Assembly: GCA_044226015.1 (NCBI GenBank)
Contig: JBGAHS010000003.1
Span: 736,001-800,000, forward strand
Source: Candidatus Obscuribacteraceae bacterium
GTDB lineage: Bacteria > Cyanobacteriota > Vampirovibrionia > Obscuribacterales > Obscuribacteraceae
Direction: 5' to 3'
DNA length: 64,000 nt
Shown here: piece after piece, positions 49,674 to 58,610 of the stretch
Layout of the letters: every line of letters starts with the position of its first letter
Numbering within the stretch: position 1 is the first letter of the stretch
Position numbers and translations under genes: made by a program
The notes under the pieces: model-generated
What the model saw: only the letters and a program-made list of their open reading frames with translations
Told to the model about the DNA's origin: nothing
The model's database searches: none

Positions 49674-49771
49674 TTTAAACGTGAAAAAGGCGAAAAAGAT
49701 TCTGAGATTCGCACTTTAAACGACAAAAAGAAATTGGTAAAAGACGCAATTTGTTTTTAAAAGTCAAAAAG
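49674..49771 (-). repeat. Three tail motif copies at exact 41-bp period
   Basis: TTTAAACGTGAAAAAG 49674, TTTAAACGACAAAAAG 49715, TTTAAAAGTCAAAAAG 49756. Confidence 0.85.
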
Positions 49772-49786
49772 GAAAAAAAGACGCAG

Positions 49787-49820
49787 AGAGCGGGCGATGA
49801 ATTGCTTCATCACCCGCTCT
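49787..49820 (-). terminator. 3' hairpin of the patatin unit
   Basis: AGAGCGGGCGATGAA/TTCATCACCCGCTCT. Confidence 0.8.
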
Positions 49821-49833
49821 TGCGCTCATGCGA

Positions 49834-50049
49834 TCAGGACTCGTAGTCCTTCTCGCCAGCCCACTGGTACTCGCCGTTGATGACGAGATAGACGACCGCA
49901 GTGCCCTTTCCGGCGGGAAGTTCGACATCCCACTCGTACTTCTGATCGGCCTTCACGTCTTGCGAGAAGACCTCGACATCGTTGTAGAGCACCTTGACCG
50001 TCATATCTTCGTCCGGCTTCACACCGAGCTTCAAGATTTTCTTACTCAT
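49834..50049 (-). CDS. 71-aa acidic beta-rich hypothetical protein
   Basis: SD AAGGGAG; C-ending codons. Confidence 0.75.
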   Translation of the reverse strand: MSKKILKLGVKPDEDMTVKVLYNDVEVFSQDVKADQKYEWDVELPAGKGTAVVYLVINGEYQWAGEKDYES

Positions 50050-50082
50050 AGTTCTCCCTTTCTGAGAGTTTGAAGAGCGCGA

Positions 50083-51027
50083 CTAGAGCGCGCCCTTCGC
50101 CTTTGCCTCACGCAGAACATTCAGCGTGAGATTCGTAGAATCCTTGACCATCGCATCTTGCGTTTTGGTCGAGATGCCGAAGCTCATGCCGGCGACGCGA
50201 GGCGACTTCATGTCGACCACGAGATGGCCGGCAGAAGTATCGACCTCGTGACGCTGGTAGTGAGTCAGCCCGAGCATTTCACGAACGTGACCGATGAACT
50301 CGATGGGCGAAAGCAGTTCGTTCGGCATAGCAGAGGCGAACCCCAGCTTGCTGACCAGACCCTTGCCCTTGCAGAAGTCCACCGGGTTGCGGTGATACAT
50401 CGCGCCGTCGATCAGCAGCCCACGACCATCCGGGTTGACGACCGGACGGAAAGCCCCAGGCAGCGCGCAGCTAGCCGTGAGCGCGAGAGCCAGGTCATAG
50501 TCCCTGCCCTCGAAGAGCACAGGCTTGCGCTGAATCGCATCGAACGCAAGCACCTTGAGCTGCTCGGTCGGCTTGAGAGAAAGTTCCTTCACCATGTCGC
50601 GCATGGATTCGAGCAGGTCCGGATACCAGGCGGACAGACTCTGAACCGCAAGGCGCAGGTCGGTGAACTCACTCTCGTGAAACGCGGCTTCCTCGCCCGG
50701 TGCCCCGATGGAACGGAAAGCAGCAGCCAGAAGAGGGTGACGCGGACCCAGAAGCTTCGTGAGCAGAGTGAACGTGCTCATGTCAGCGGGAAATGCCCGG
50801 GCAGCCTGGGTCAGGCGGCTGCGAAGGCGTTCGGCGAAGATGACTCGGATTTCCTCAGGACTGTAACCGTTGCAGTGAAGCGCGGCGACCAGCGACCCGA
50901 CGGAAACTCCGAGGAGGGTGCTGAAGCTGACGTTTTCTTCGCGGCAGGCTTTGAGGAAACCGATGTGACAGAAGCCTTTGACGCCTCCACCACCGAGTAC
51001 ACCTTCCACTGTGAAGTGGTTGGTCAT
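50083..51027 (-). CDS. Patatin-like phospholipase
   Basis: GGGGVKG oxyanion motif, GVSVG nucleophile, ASCALPG, DGA; ATG 51027 after GGAG. Confidence 0.88.
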   Translation of the reverse strand: MTNHFTVEGVLGGGGVKGFCHIGFLKACREENVSFSTLLGVSVGSLVAALHCNGYSPEEIRVIFAERLRSRLTQAARAFPADMSTFTLLTKLLGPRHPLLAAAFRSIGAPGEEAAFHESEFTDLRLAVQSLSAWYPDLLESMRDMVKELSLKPTEQLKVLAFDAIQRKPVLFEGRDYDLALALTASCALPGAFRPVVNPDGRGLLIDGAMYHRNPVDFCKGKGLVSKLGFASAMPNELLSPIEFIGHVREMLGLTHYQRHEVDTSAGHLVVDMKSPRVAGMSFGISTKTQDAMVKDSTNLTLNVLREAKAKGAL

Positions 51028-51093
51028 TTGGAAGTCTCCATCAGTTGCGTGCAGAATTCCCGGCAGATCTGGTCGGCCTCGAACATGCACTAG

Positions 51094-51201
51094 CCTGGTG
51101 AATTGGTGTTCAAACTCCGAACTACTACCCTCCAGAGAAACTGGAAGTTAAAGAAGCGGGGAGAGAGTTCTGAGCAGAATTTGAACGCCAATTGCACCAG
51201 G
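51094..51201 (-). promoter_or_regulatory. Structured 5' leader of the patatin unit (about 26-bp stem)
   Basis: Minus strand CCTGGTGCAATTGGCGTTCAAATTCTG pairs with CGGAGTTTGAACACCAATTCACCAGG. Confidence 0.65.
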
Positions 51202-51418
51202 GATGTGTGAAATAGAAAATGTGCCCTCACCCTACGTAAGCGCATAGGCGTGGAGGCAAGGGGCTAGTGTGGATACTACGAAGGCTCTGCGCGTAAATAT
51301 CTCACGCACTTGCGCAAGCACTGCGAACCAAGAGCCCACAGGGCGAGGCAGCAGCGCCCCAGATTAACCGCGCTTAACTTTGGTATCAGATACAGTGCTC
51401 TATCCTAGTTCGCGCGAT

Positions 51419-52981
51419 TTATTTACGCATCTTTGTTTTGGAGCTAAGCGCTCGGAAGGCGGCGGCAAGCCTGTCTCTAATCGACGGACGGTGCAAGAGA
51501 TCCATCCCAGCCTCAACATAATCTCGCCCTGCAGAAGAATACGGATAATGCCAGTCACGCATACCCTGCGAACTTACTCCAATGTTCTTGATGCAGACCA
51601 TGTCTAACAGCTCATACTCTGAATGAGCTTTTCCGAAACCTGAATACTTGATGCCTCCCCACGGTGCATCAGGACAAACATGCGAAAAAAGTCCATCATT
51701 GAGCCAAACAATTCCAGCATCAATTCTTCGAGCCAGCTCTTCGCCAAGTTCGAGATCCGCCGTCCACACCGAAGAAGCCAGACCAAGCTCCGAATTGTTT
51801 GCGACTTGCAGAGCCTCCTCAACGCTATCGACCACAAGCACAGGAAGCAATGGCCCAAAAATCTCCTCCTTGAGCACTCTCATTTCCGGCTTCAAATCAG
51901 TTAGCACAGTGGGCTCAAAAAAATAGCCTCCGAGATCTTCCCGAGCAGAACCTCCGCAGAGAATCTTTGCCCCTTTCGACTTAGCATCTTCAACCAGGTC
52001 TTTTACACGCTGAAGCTGCTCCTCATCAATCAGAGGACCAACATCAATATCTGTACTCATTCCCTCACCAAGACGCAGTTTAGAAGCACGTTCCACGATT
52101 TTGTTGAGGACTTTTCCGTCCGCAGGTTCTACTAAAATCAATCTGTCAATCGAAGCACAGGCCTGACCGCCATTCGTGAATGCGCTCCACGTGACACCCG
52201 AAGCACACTTGTCTGCATCAACGTCCGGAAGCACAATTGCGGGGTGCTTGCCACCGAGCTCAAGAGTAACTGGCACGAGATGCTCGGAGGCAATTTTCAT
52301 TATTGCCTTGCCACCACCAACAGAACCAGTGAAAACAACTCTGTTTACTCCAGAGAGAATCAATTTTTCACACTCTTCCCTGTCACCTTGCACCAGACCA
52401 ACGAGACCCTCGGGGAATCCCAGCTCTTCGAAGATGTTAACCAGACGCTGCGCTATCATGGGCGTCTTAGGAGATGGTTTCACAACGGCACCATTTCCCG
52501 CTACAATCGCAAGCAAAATCGAAGTTGCGGGAATCGAAAATGGATAGTTCCATGGTGAAACTATGCCAATTACGCCGAGGGGCTGGAAACAGTTGTACGA
52601 GCGTTTGCCTTGAAAAAACACACCGTTCAATTCGACATTCTTGTCGTCTAACAAGTAAGGCGCCTTTTCATCAAGCCACTGACAGGTTTCTAACACTGCA
52701 AAAATTTCCGAGACAATAGCTTCGGTGAAGGGCTTTCCTGCTTCCTCCGTGATCAGCTTGCCTAGTGCATCGCGATTGAGCGAAAGATAATTTCGAAATC
52801 TCTGAATCAACTCTAGACGGTGCTCAAGGCTCTCCCTTCTCCAGGAAATTGATGCACTCCGAGCCGCTTCGACAATCTTCGGAATTTGCTCAAGCTCTGT
52901 TCGTGCAGTTTCCCCAATCACGTTCTTATTGGCAGGATTACGAGAAACAAGAGATAGCTGATTTCCCAGCTCTGTAGCCAT
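51419..52981 (-). CDS. Aldehyde dehydrogenase
   Basis: SPWNYP, FTGS, LELGGK, GQACAS, EEIFGP; ATG 52981. Confidence 0.95.
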   Translation of the reverse strand: MATELGNQLSLVSRNPANKNVIGETARTELEQIPKIVEAARSASISWRRESLEHRLELIQRFRNYLSLNRDALGKLITEEAGKPFTEAIVSEIFAVLETCQWLDEKAPYLLDDKNVELNGVFFQGKRSYNCFQPLGVIGIVSPWNYPFSIPATSILLAIVAGNGAVVKPSPKTPMIAQRLVNIFEELGFPEGLVGLVQGDREECEKLILSGVNRVVFTGSVGGGKAIMKIASEHLVPVTLELGGKHPAIVLPDVDADKCASGVTWSAFTNGGQACASIDRLILVEPADGKVLNKIVERASKLRLGEGMSTDIDVGPLIDEEQLQRVKDLVEDAKSKGAKILCGGSAREDLGGYFFEPTVLTDLKPEMRVLKEEIFGPLLPVLVVDSVEEALQVANNSELGLASSVWTADLELGEELARRIDAGIVWLNDGLFSHVCPDAPWGGIKYSGFGKAHSEYELLDMVCIKNIGVSSQGMRDWHYPYSSAGRDYVEAGMDLLHRPSIRDRLAAAFRALSSKTKMRK

Positions 52982-53091
52982 TTCGATATTTCCTTCATGT
53001 GTCTCAGCTACTTTCCAATAAGCTGGACGATCTGCTTTCTCTAGTATTATACAGGCGTACAAACTCCTCCGTTTAACTGAGACATCTAGCA

Positions 53092-53997
53092 ATGAGTTAT
53101 ACAATCGGCATCGATCTGGGCGGAACGAATATCAAATGTGTCGCAATGGACATGGCCGGGGAGAAACTTTTCGAAGACACGAGATCCACAAGGGATAACT
53201 GCGAACAGGAAAAAACAAGCCCAAACTGGGCTCAGGAAATCAAGCAAGTTCTTGAAGACGTAAAACGCAAATTGGGAGAGCATCCTTCCCACGTCGGTTT
53301 CTGTGCTCCGGGACTAGCCGCTGCAGATGGACGCTCCATTGCATACATGCCGGGAAGATTACAGGGACTGGAAGGCTTCGACTGGTCCGCTTTTCTACAG
53401 GAAGACGTTTATGTTGTTGACGACGCAAAAGCAGCGCTGCTCGGAGAAATTTGGAAGGGAAGTGCGCAAGGTTTGCAGGACGTTATCATGATTACTCTTG
53501 GCACCGGTGTTGGTGGCGCCATTTTTGCAAACAACCAACTCGTGAGAGGACATATTGGACGAGCCGGAAACCTTGGTCACATTTCTCTAGACACCTCTGG
53601 AGACCCAGATGTATCAGGCATGCCCGGTAGTCTCGAAAATGCGATAGGCAACTGCACGATTAAAAGCCGAAGCAATAATCGATTTACGTCAACAAAAGAA
53701 CTGGTTGAAGCTGCGAAAAACGGCGACCGGGAGGCTGAGCAAATCTGGGATTTATCAATGCGCAAGCTAGCTTGTGCCTGCGCTGCTTATATAAACATTC
53801 TCGACCCAGAAGCAATCATTATTGGTGGTGGCATCGCGAAGGCAGGCGGATTTCTCTTCGAAAAACTCAATCGCGAGTTGGAAAAGGTAGAATGGCGGCC
53901 AAACAATTATGCTGTAAAAATACTTCCTGCCGAGCTGGGAGAATGGGCCGGCGCAATGGGCGCAGCCTATAATGCCATTCTTGAAGCCTCAGCTTAG
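53092..53997 (+). CDS. ROK family sugar kinase
   Basis: GIDLGGT, DAKAALLGE, TLGTGVGG, GNLGH. Confidence 0.92.
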   Translation: MSYTIGIDLGGTNIKCVAMDMAGEKLFEDTRSTRDNCEQEKTSPNWAQEIKQVLEDVKRKLGEHPSHVGFCAPGLAAADGRSIAYMPGRLQGLEGFDWSAFLQEDVYVVDDAKAALLGEIWKGSAQGLQDVIMITLGTGVGGAIFANNQLVRGHIGRAGNLGHISLDTSGDPDVSGMPGSLENAIGNCTIKSRSNNRFTSTKELVEAAKNGDREAEQIWDLSMRKLACACAAYINILDPEAIIIGGGIAKAGGFLFEKLNRELEKVEWRPNNYAVKILPAELGEWAGAMGAAYNAILEASA

Positions 53998-54019
53998 AAA
54001 GACTGGAAACTGCCACTTC

Positions 54020-54724
54020 TCATGGAAGATCCGTATACAACTCAAGGTCTGGATGCAGCCATAAGAAAGAGCCCGGAAATTTGGGGTCAATTTTAGCTTC
54101 GAGAAAGCGCGCCAGCTGCGCTTTCTTTTGTTCTCCATTCACCAGAAAAATGATCCTCTTCGACGACAAGATCTCTCTCATACCCATCGTATAACCAAAC
54201 TCCATTTTCTTTCCACTCGAAGCAATCATCGAGTGCTGCTGCGATTGCGAGCTTAAAGTGGCTATATGTGCGTACGGCTGCAAATATTCAGCAGGCTCAT
54301 TGAATCCCAAATGTCCATTCAAACCCAGCCCGAGAACGCAGATATCAATTGGCGTTTCCTTCGCCAACGCACTCCTCACTCGTGCACACTCCAGCTCGGG
54401 CTCGGCGGCGTCGCCAGCAAAACTAAGAAACGTACTTGTATCTATCTTAAGCGGCTCGATAAAATAATTGCGAATGTAATGCTCGCAACTTCCCTCATCA
54501 GTCCCGCTAAGACCGCCCCACTCATCAAGTTTTACCACCTGCACTCGCTTGAAAGAAGTGCCCGAATGAGAGGCTTTCTCTGCTACCTTTTCATAACACA
54601 GCCTGGGTGACGAACCTGTCGCCAAGCAAATTTTCAGCGTAGGATTTCCAATGACTGCCATGACGATTTGCTCTGCTGCTGCATTGCTCATTGATTCGTA
54701 ATCAGCATATCGAAAAATCTTCAT
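54020..54724 (-). CDS. Glucosamine/galactosamine-6-phosphate isomerase (NagB family)
   Basis: LATGSSP, LDEW, LGLGLNGHLGFNEP. Confidence 0.9.
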   Translation of the reverse strand: MKIFRYADYESMSNAAAEQIVMAVIGNPTLKICLATGSSPRLCYEKVAEKASHSGTSFKRVQVVKLDEWGGLSGTDEGSCEHYIRNYFIEPLKIDTSTFLSFAGDAAEPELECARVRSALAKETPIDICVLGLGLNGHLGFNEPAEYLQPYAHIATLSSQSQQHSMIASSGKKMEFGYTMGMREILSSKRIIFLVNGEQKKAQLARFLEAKIDPKFPGSFLWLHPDLELYTDLP

Positions 54725-54741
54725 TACTCTTTCCCTTCTAC

Positions 54742-55014
54742 TTACCCTTCTTCAAACGAATTTGCTTTAGAAATTTCGCTATTTGACGCTGCGTGCAATT
54801 GCTTTCTCTTATCCATTTGAATAAGACCAAACATGATGCATGCAAAACAAAACATACTAATTCCACAGGTCAAATCCAGATTCAAACGAAGCCTCTGTAC
54901 TGGCTCTACAACCAACTCCAATATGGTGATTTGGGGATCAACCAGCCCATAAATTATGAGCATGGCGCCGACAATAATGAAAAGATATGCGATTGGTTTT
55001 TTCACATCGAGCAT
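54742..55014 (-). CDS. Small 2-TM protein associated with the SSS transporter
   Basis: MLDVKKPI..LF...G pattern directly after symporter. Confidence 0.7.
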   Translation of the reverse strand: MLDVKKPIAYLFIIVGAMLIIYGLVDPQITILELVVEPVQRLRLNLDLTCGISMFCFACIMFGLIQMDKRKQLHAASNSEISKANSFEEG

Positions 55015-55018
55015 TTCT

Positions 55019-56635
55019 TCACCAGAACCAGATATTTAGCGCAATAGTCAATAGTGAAACCGAGACTGCCAGAACTACCGGGCGTTGGTACCACGCAAGA
55101 GTACTGACAGGCGGAGAGTCCGAAAGACCCCAGCACAAGCCATAAAGCTCTGACTCAGGCTTCTTCTTAGTGAAAAACGAAATCAAAACTGTAGTCACAA
55201 AACAAACACACCAGGCGATTGTAGCCCGCCAAAAATTACCAGCCATTATAGATGGATAGTGAATTGTATTATTTACCGTCAAATAATAATGCACTACCGC
55301 AGAAATGATACCAATTAGCAAGCCCCAGAAAGCTCCCCAAGGACTGCATTTTTTCCAGAACATACCCAGCAAGAAGGTCGCAAACAGGGGCGCGTTAAAG
55401 AAAGAGAAAATCAGCTGCATATAGTCCATAATACTGGGGAAACCCATTACAAGATAAGCCGTCGCGATGCTTATTAAGATACCACCTGCGGTGGCAATAC
55501 GCCCCATCTGAAGATAATGTTGATCGCTCTTGTTTTTTGCAATGTAGCTTTGGTAGAGGTCATAAGTCCAAACCGTGTTGAATGCAGTCACATTGCCAGC
55601 CATACCTGACATGAAGCTAGCCAGCATGGCAGTTAAACCAAGTCCCAACATTCCGCTGGGATATAGCTTTCCTAGAAGAAGCGGCAAGGCCATGTTGTAA
55701 GAGAGAGTATCATTGTTGGAACCTATGCCTTTTATCATCACGACAGCCATTAGCCCCGGCAATACTGTCACAAAAGGAAAAAGGGCTTGCGGAAAAGCAG
55801 CTATGAGCGGGGTTCGTTGCGCCGCAGGTAAACTCTCGGCAGCAAGTGCGCGCTGCACCACAAGAAAGTCAGTGCACCAATAGCCGAACGAAAGTACAAA
55901 ACCCAATCCCGATAGCAGTCCGTAAATATCCACCCCCATGGGATTGTTCGAACTCAGAGTACCTGTCCAGAGGTGCATAAAAGCGGGATCAGGCATGGCT
56001 TTTGCCAAGCCGTCCATTCCTCCAAATTTGATCAACCCTAAAATAGAAATTGGAGCAAGGCCGAATACTATTAGAAAAAACTGCACAACCTCATTGTAAA
56101 TGGATGAAGCAAGACCGCCAAGCATGGTGTACACAAGCACTACACCGGCGGCAACAAGAATGGACATGTTCATGTCCCATCCCAACAAGAGCTGAAAAAC
56201 CAGCGCCATCGCGTAAAGATTGATGCCGGACATCAAAACTGTCATTACAGTAAAAGAGATCGCGTTCAAGGCTCTAGTGGGCTCATTGAAGCGCATCTTC
56301 AAATATTCAGGCACGCTACGAACGCGTGAACCATAATAAAATGGCATCATAAAAAGCGCCAGGAAAATCATAGCGGGAATGCCACCGATCCAGAAAAAAT
56401 GAGCAGTCATAATGCCATACTGAACACCATTTGCGGCCATACCCATAACCTCGAGAGCACCCAGGTTAGCCGACATCAGTGCAATTCCTGTAACCCAACT
56501 GGGAATTTTGTGGCCCGCCAGAAAAAAGTCCTCGCTCGACTTCATCTGACTCCTCAGCACAAAACCGACTGCTATTACGAATACGAAGTATATGGCAACG
56601 ATTGCATAGTCAACAATGCCAATCTGAATGTGCAA
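55019..56635 (-). CDS. Sodium:solute symporter (sugar type)
   Basis: EDFFLAG, SANLGALE, SVPEYLKMRF, YWCTDFLVVQRALAA. Confidence 0.95.
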   Translation of the reverse strand: MHIQIGIVDYAIVAIYFVFVIAVGFVLRSQMKSSEDFFLAGHKIPSWVTGIALMSANLGALEVMGMAANGVQYGIMTAHFFWIGGIPAMIFLALFMMPFYYGSRVRSVPEYLKMRFNEPTRALNAISFTVMTVLMSGINLYAMALVFQLLLGWDMNMSILVAAGVVLVYTMLGGLASSIYNEVVQFFLIVFGLAPISILGLIKFGGMDGLAKAMPDPAFMHLWTGTLSSNNPMGVDIYGLLSGLGFVLSFGYWCTDFLVVQRALAAESLPAAQRTPLIAAFPQALFPFVTVLPGLMAVVMIKGIGSNNDTLSYNMALPLLLGKLYPSGMLGLGLTAMLASFMSGMAGNVTAFNTVWTYDLYQSYIAKNKSDQHYLQMGRIATAGGILISIATAYLVMGFPSIMDYMQLIFSFFNAPLFATFLLGMFWKKCSPWGAFWGLLIGIISAVVHYYLTVNNTIHYPSIMAGNFWRATIAWCVCFVTTVLISFFTKKKPESELYGLCWGLSDSPPVSTLAWYQRPVVLAVSVSLLTIALNIWFW

Positions 56636-56777
56636 ACCCGCGTTCTCCAGAAACTATGGAAATTATTGATCTCCAGACGCTCAAGAGCTATGCGAAATCT
56701 ACGATTGCAAACTTATCTATGTGTAATACATACAGTTTTGCGGTCATTCACAGTAGAGACTGTTGAGATTAACGCCG

Positions 56778-57674
56778 TTACTTGAATGCCAATGACGCAG
56801 GCACCGCTGGGTCGATCAACCTGGCTCTATCAAGGTCTGCCCGAGCTGAGCTCTCATGGTTCATCTGATGATACAAGAACGCTCGGGCTAGAAGATACTT
56901 AGAACTGCTAGAATCGAGGCTTATCGATTCACCAAATTCTTCAGCGGCTTTTGGATATTTCTTTTCCTGCTGCAAAGCTAATGCGTAGTTAAAATGAACG
57001 CTTGCCTCACGAGGATTGCTCTCAAGTGATTTGCGGCAAGACAAAATGGTTCCTTTGCTGTCCGCTAGAATCTTGTCCAGCCCCTCTGGATGCAAAAAAG
57101 GGGTCTTCAAATCGTCGGGGAACTCAGGGCGCACGATGCCACTAAATACAGTACCAGGAGCAAATTCAGCTTTTCGATTTTCTGAAACTATTTTTGCGGC
57201 TTCCAAATAATTCTGCACTGATTGCTCATTTTGAGGTCCCTTAGCAGCGGCATTCGCCTCCTGCGGAGTGGCTTTCGATGCCGATTGCAGCAGCGATGGA
57301 TCAAGCCTCAGCGCCTCTTCGTAATCCATAATCGAATGTGGATTGTCACCGGTTTTGCAGTAAGTAGCACCTCTCCAGAGATAAAACTCTGCATTTTTCG
57401 CATCCACTAAAATCGCAGAGCTAAAATCATCAAGTGCAAGTTTCATATTGCGCAAATAATAGAAGCACTGCCCTCTTTTGAAGTAGCCTTTTGCATTGCG
57501 GGTATTGGCTCCTACAACTTGATTGAATGAGAGTATTGCCCCATCGAAATCGCGCCGGGACATTCTTTCAAGACCCTCGGTATAAGAGGGAACATCATAG
57601 TCCGCAAAAGCAGAAAATGGCACGAACACATTAGTTAAGAGTGCAATTATCGCTACAGTAAGTTTCTTGTTCAT
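56778..57674 (-). CDS. Secreted TPR protein
   Basis: Signal peptide; YFKRG..A..DFS.AI, DYEEALRLDP. Confidence 0.85.
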   Translation of the reverse strand: MNKKLTVAIIALLTNVFVPFSAFADYDVPSYTEGLERMSRRDFDGAILSFNQVVGANTRNAKGYFKRGQCFYYLRNMKLALDDFSSAILVDAKNAEFYLWRGATYCKTGDNPHSIMDYEEALRLDPSLLQSASKATPQEANAAAKGPQNEQSVQNYLEAAKIVSENRKAEFAPGTVFSGIVRPEFPDDLKTPFLHPEGLDKILADSKGTILSCRKSLESNPREASVHFNYALALQQEKKYPKAAEEFGESISLDSSSSKYLLARAFLYHQMNHESSARADLDRARLIDPAVPASLAFK

Positions 57675-57677
57675 CTC

Positions 57678-58493
57678 TCAGTGACGATGGATTTTGGAAA
57701 GCGCCGCCGAAACTAGTTGTTTAAGCTTGTCGTCCTTCGCATGATTCAAGGCAAGCCTATATTCTGACTCCGCATCATCATATTTTTTTGTGCTCGCTAA
57801 TGCAACCCCCAACACATAGTGTGCCTGTGCATTATCTGGAGATTTCTGCAGCAATGCTTGCAAGCGAGTGATTGCATCTGCATACTTAGCAGCAGCAATT
57901 TCTGCGCTCGCTAACGAAATCTCGGATGGCTTTGGTGGCACCGGAGTTCCATCAGACTTAAGCGCCACACCTAGAAGGCCAGCTACTGTGCTTTTCATAG
58001 TAGCGAACTCTTTCTCTTCGTATCCCATCGAAGCAAAAGCAACTTTTCCTGTCTTATCAATCACAAAATTTCTTGGGATGCCTTTATTGGCGTAGAGATC
58101 GAACACGGTTCGTTTAGTGTCCGCCAAAATAGGCATAGTGAGCTTCGAGGACTCCTTGAACTGCTTCATCTCCTCGACACTATGCTCACGCCCAAGAACC
58201 AGAACCACCAACCCCCTATCCTTCATCGGCGCCCAGACTTCTGACTCAAGGTGCGGTAATTCTGCCCGACATGGTCCGCACCAGGTCGCAAAGAAATCGA
58301 GAACGACTACTTTTCCTTTGAAATCAGACAAAGACACCTTGGTTCCATCACTAGCCATCAAAGAAAAGCTAGGAGCCACTTGCCCTACCTTAACTCTGGC
58401 TTCCATACCAGGTTCCTCAACTGCCAGTGTGGGGACAGCTGACGCCGTGAAAATGGAAACAAATGTGCATAAAAGAAAACACTTTTTGCGCAT
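57678..58493 (-). CDS. TlpA/ResA-like thiol-disulfide oxidoreductase with C-terminal TPR
   Basis: APSFSL, FFATWCGPCRAELP, GIPRNFVID; AHYVLGVAL. Confidence 0.9.
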   Translation of the reverse strand: MRKKCFLLCTFVSIFTASAVPTLAVEEPGMEARVKVGQVAPSFSLMASDGTKVSLSDFKGKVVVLDFFATWCGPCRAELPHLESEVWAPMKDRGLVVLVLGREHSVEEMKQFKESSKLTMPILADTKRTVFDLYANKGIPRNFVIDKTGKVAFASMGYEEKEFATMKSTVAGLLGVALKSDGTPVPPKPSEISLASAEIAAAKYADAITRLQALLQKSPDNAQAHYVLGVALASTKKYDDAESEYRLALNHAKDDKLKQLVSAALSKIHRH

Positions 58494-58560
58494 GATGAAT
58501 ACCTCCTACAAATTCTTTCCCTTTGTAGGCAAAAATCTGCGGCAGCTCGCAAAAATCACA

Positions 58561-58586
58561 AAAGAAAAGTGCCCCTTTCGGGGCAC
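58561..58586 (-). terminator. Terminator of clpC
   Basis: Minus strand GTGCCCC-GAAA-GGGGCAC then TTTTCTTT. Confidence 0.85.
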
Positions 58587-58610
58587 CTTGAGATTTGTAC
58601 GGCAAGAAGC

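Noticed and set aside
49674..49771. CRISPR array
   Set aside because: The repeat is only 16 bp with a variable centre, has at most three copies, is not palindromic, and no cas genes are present.
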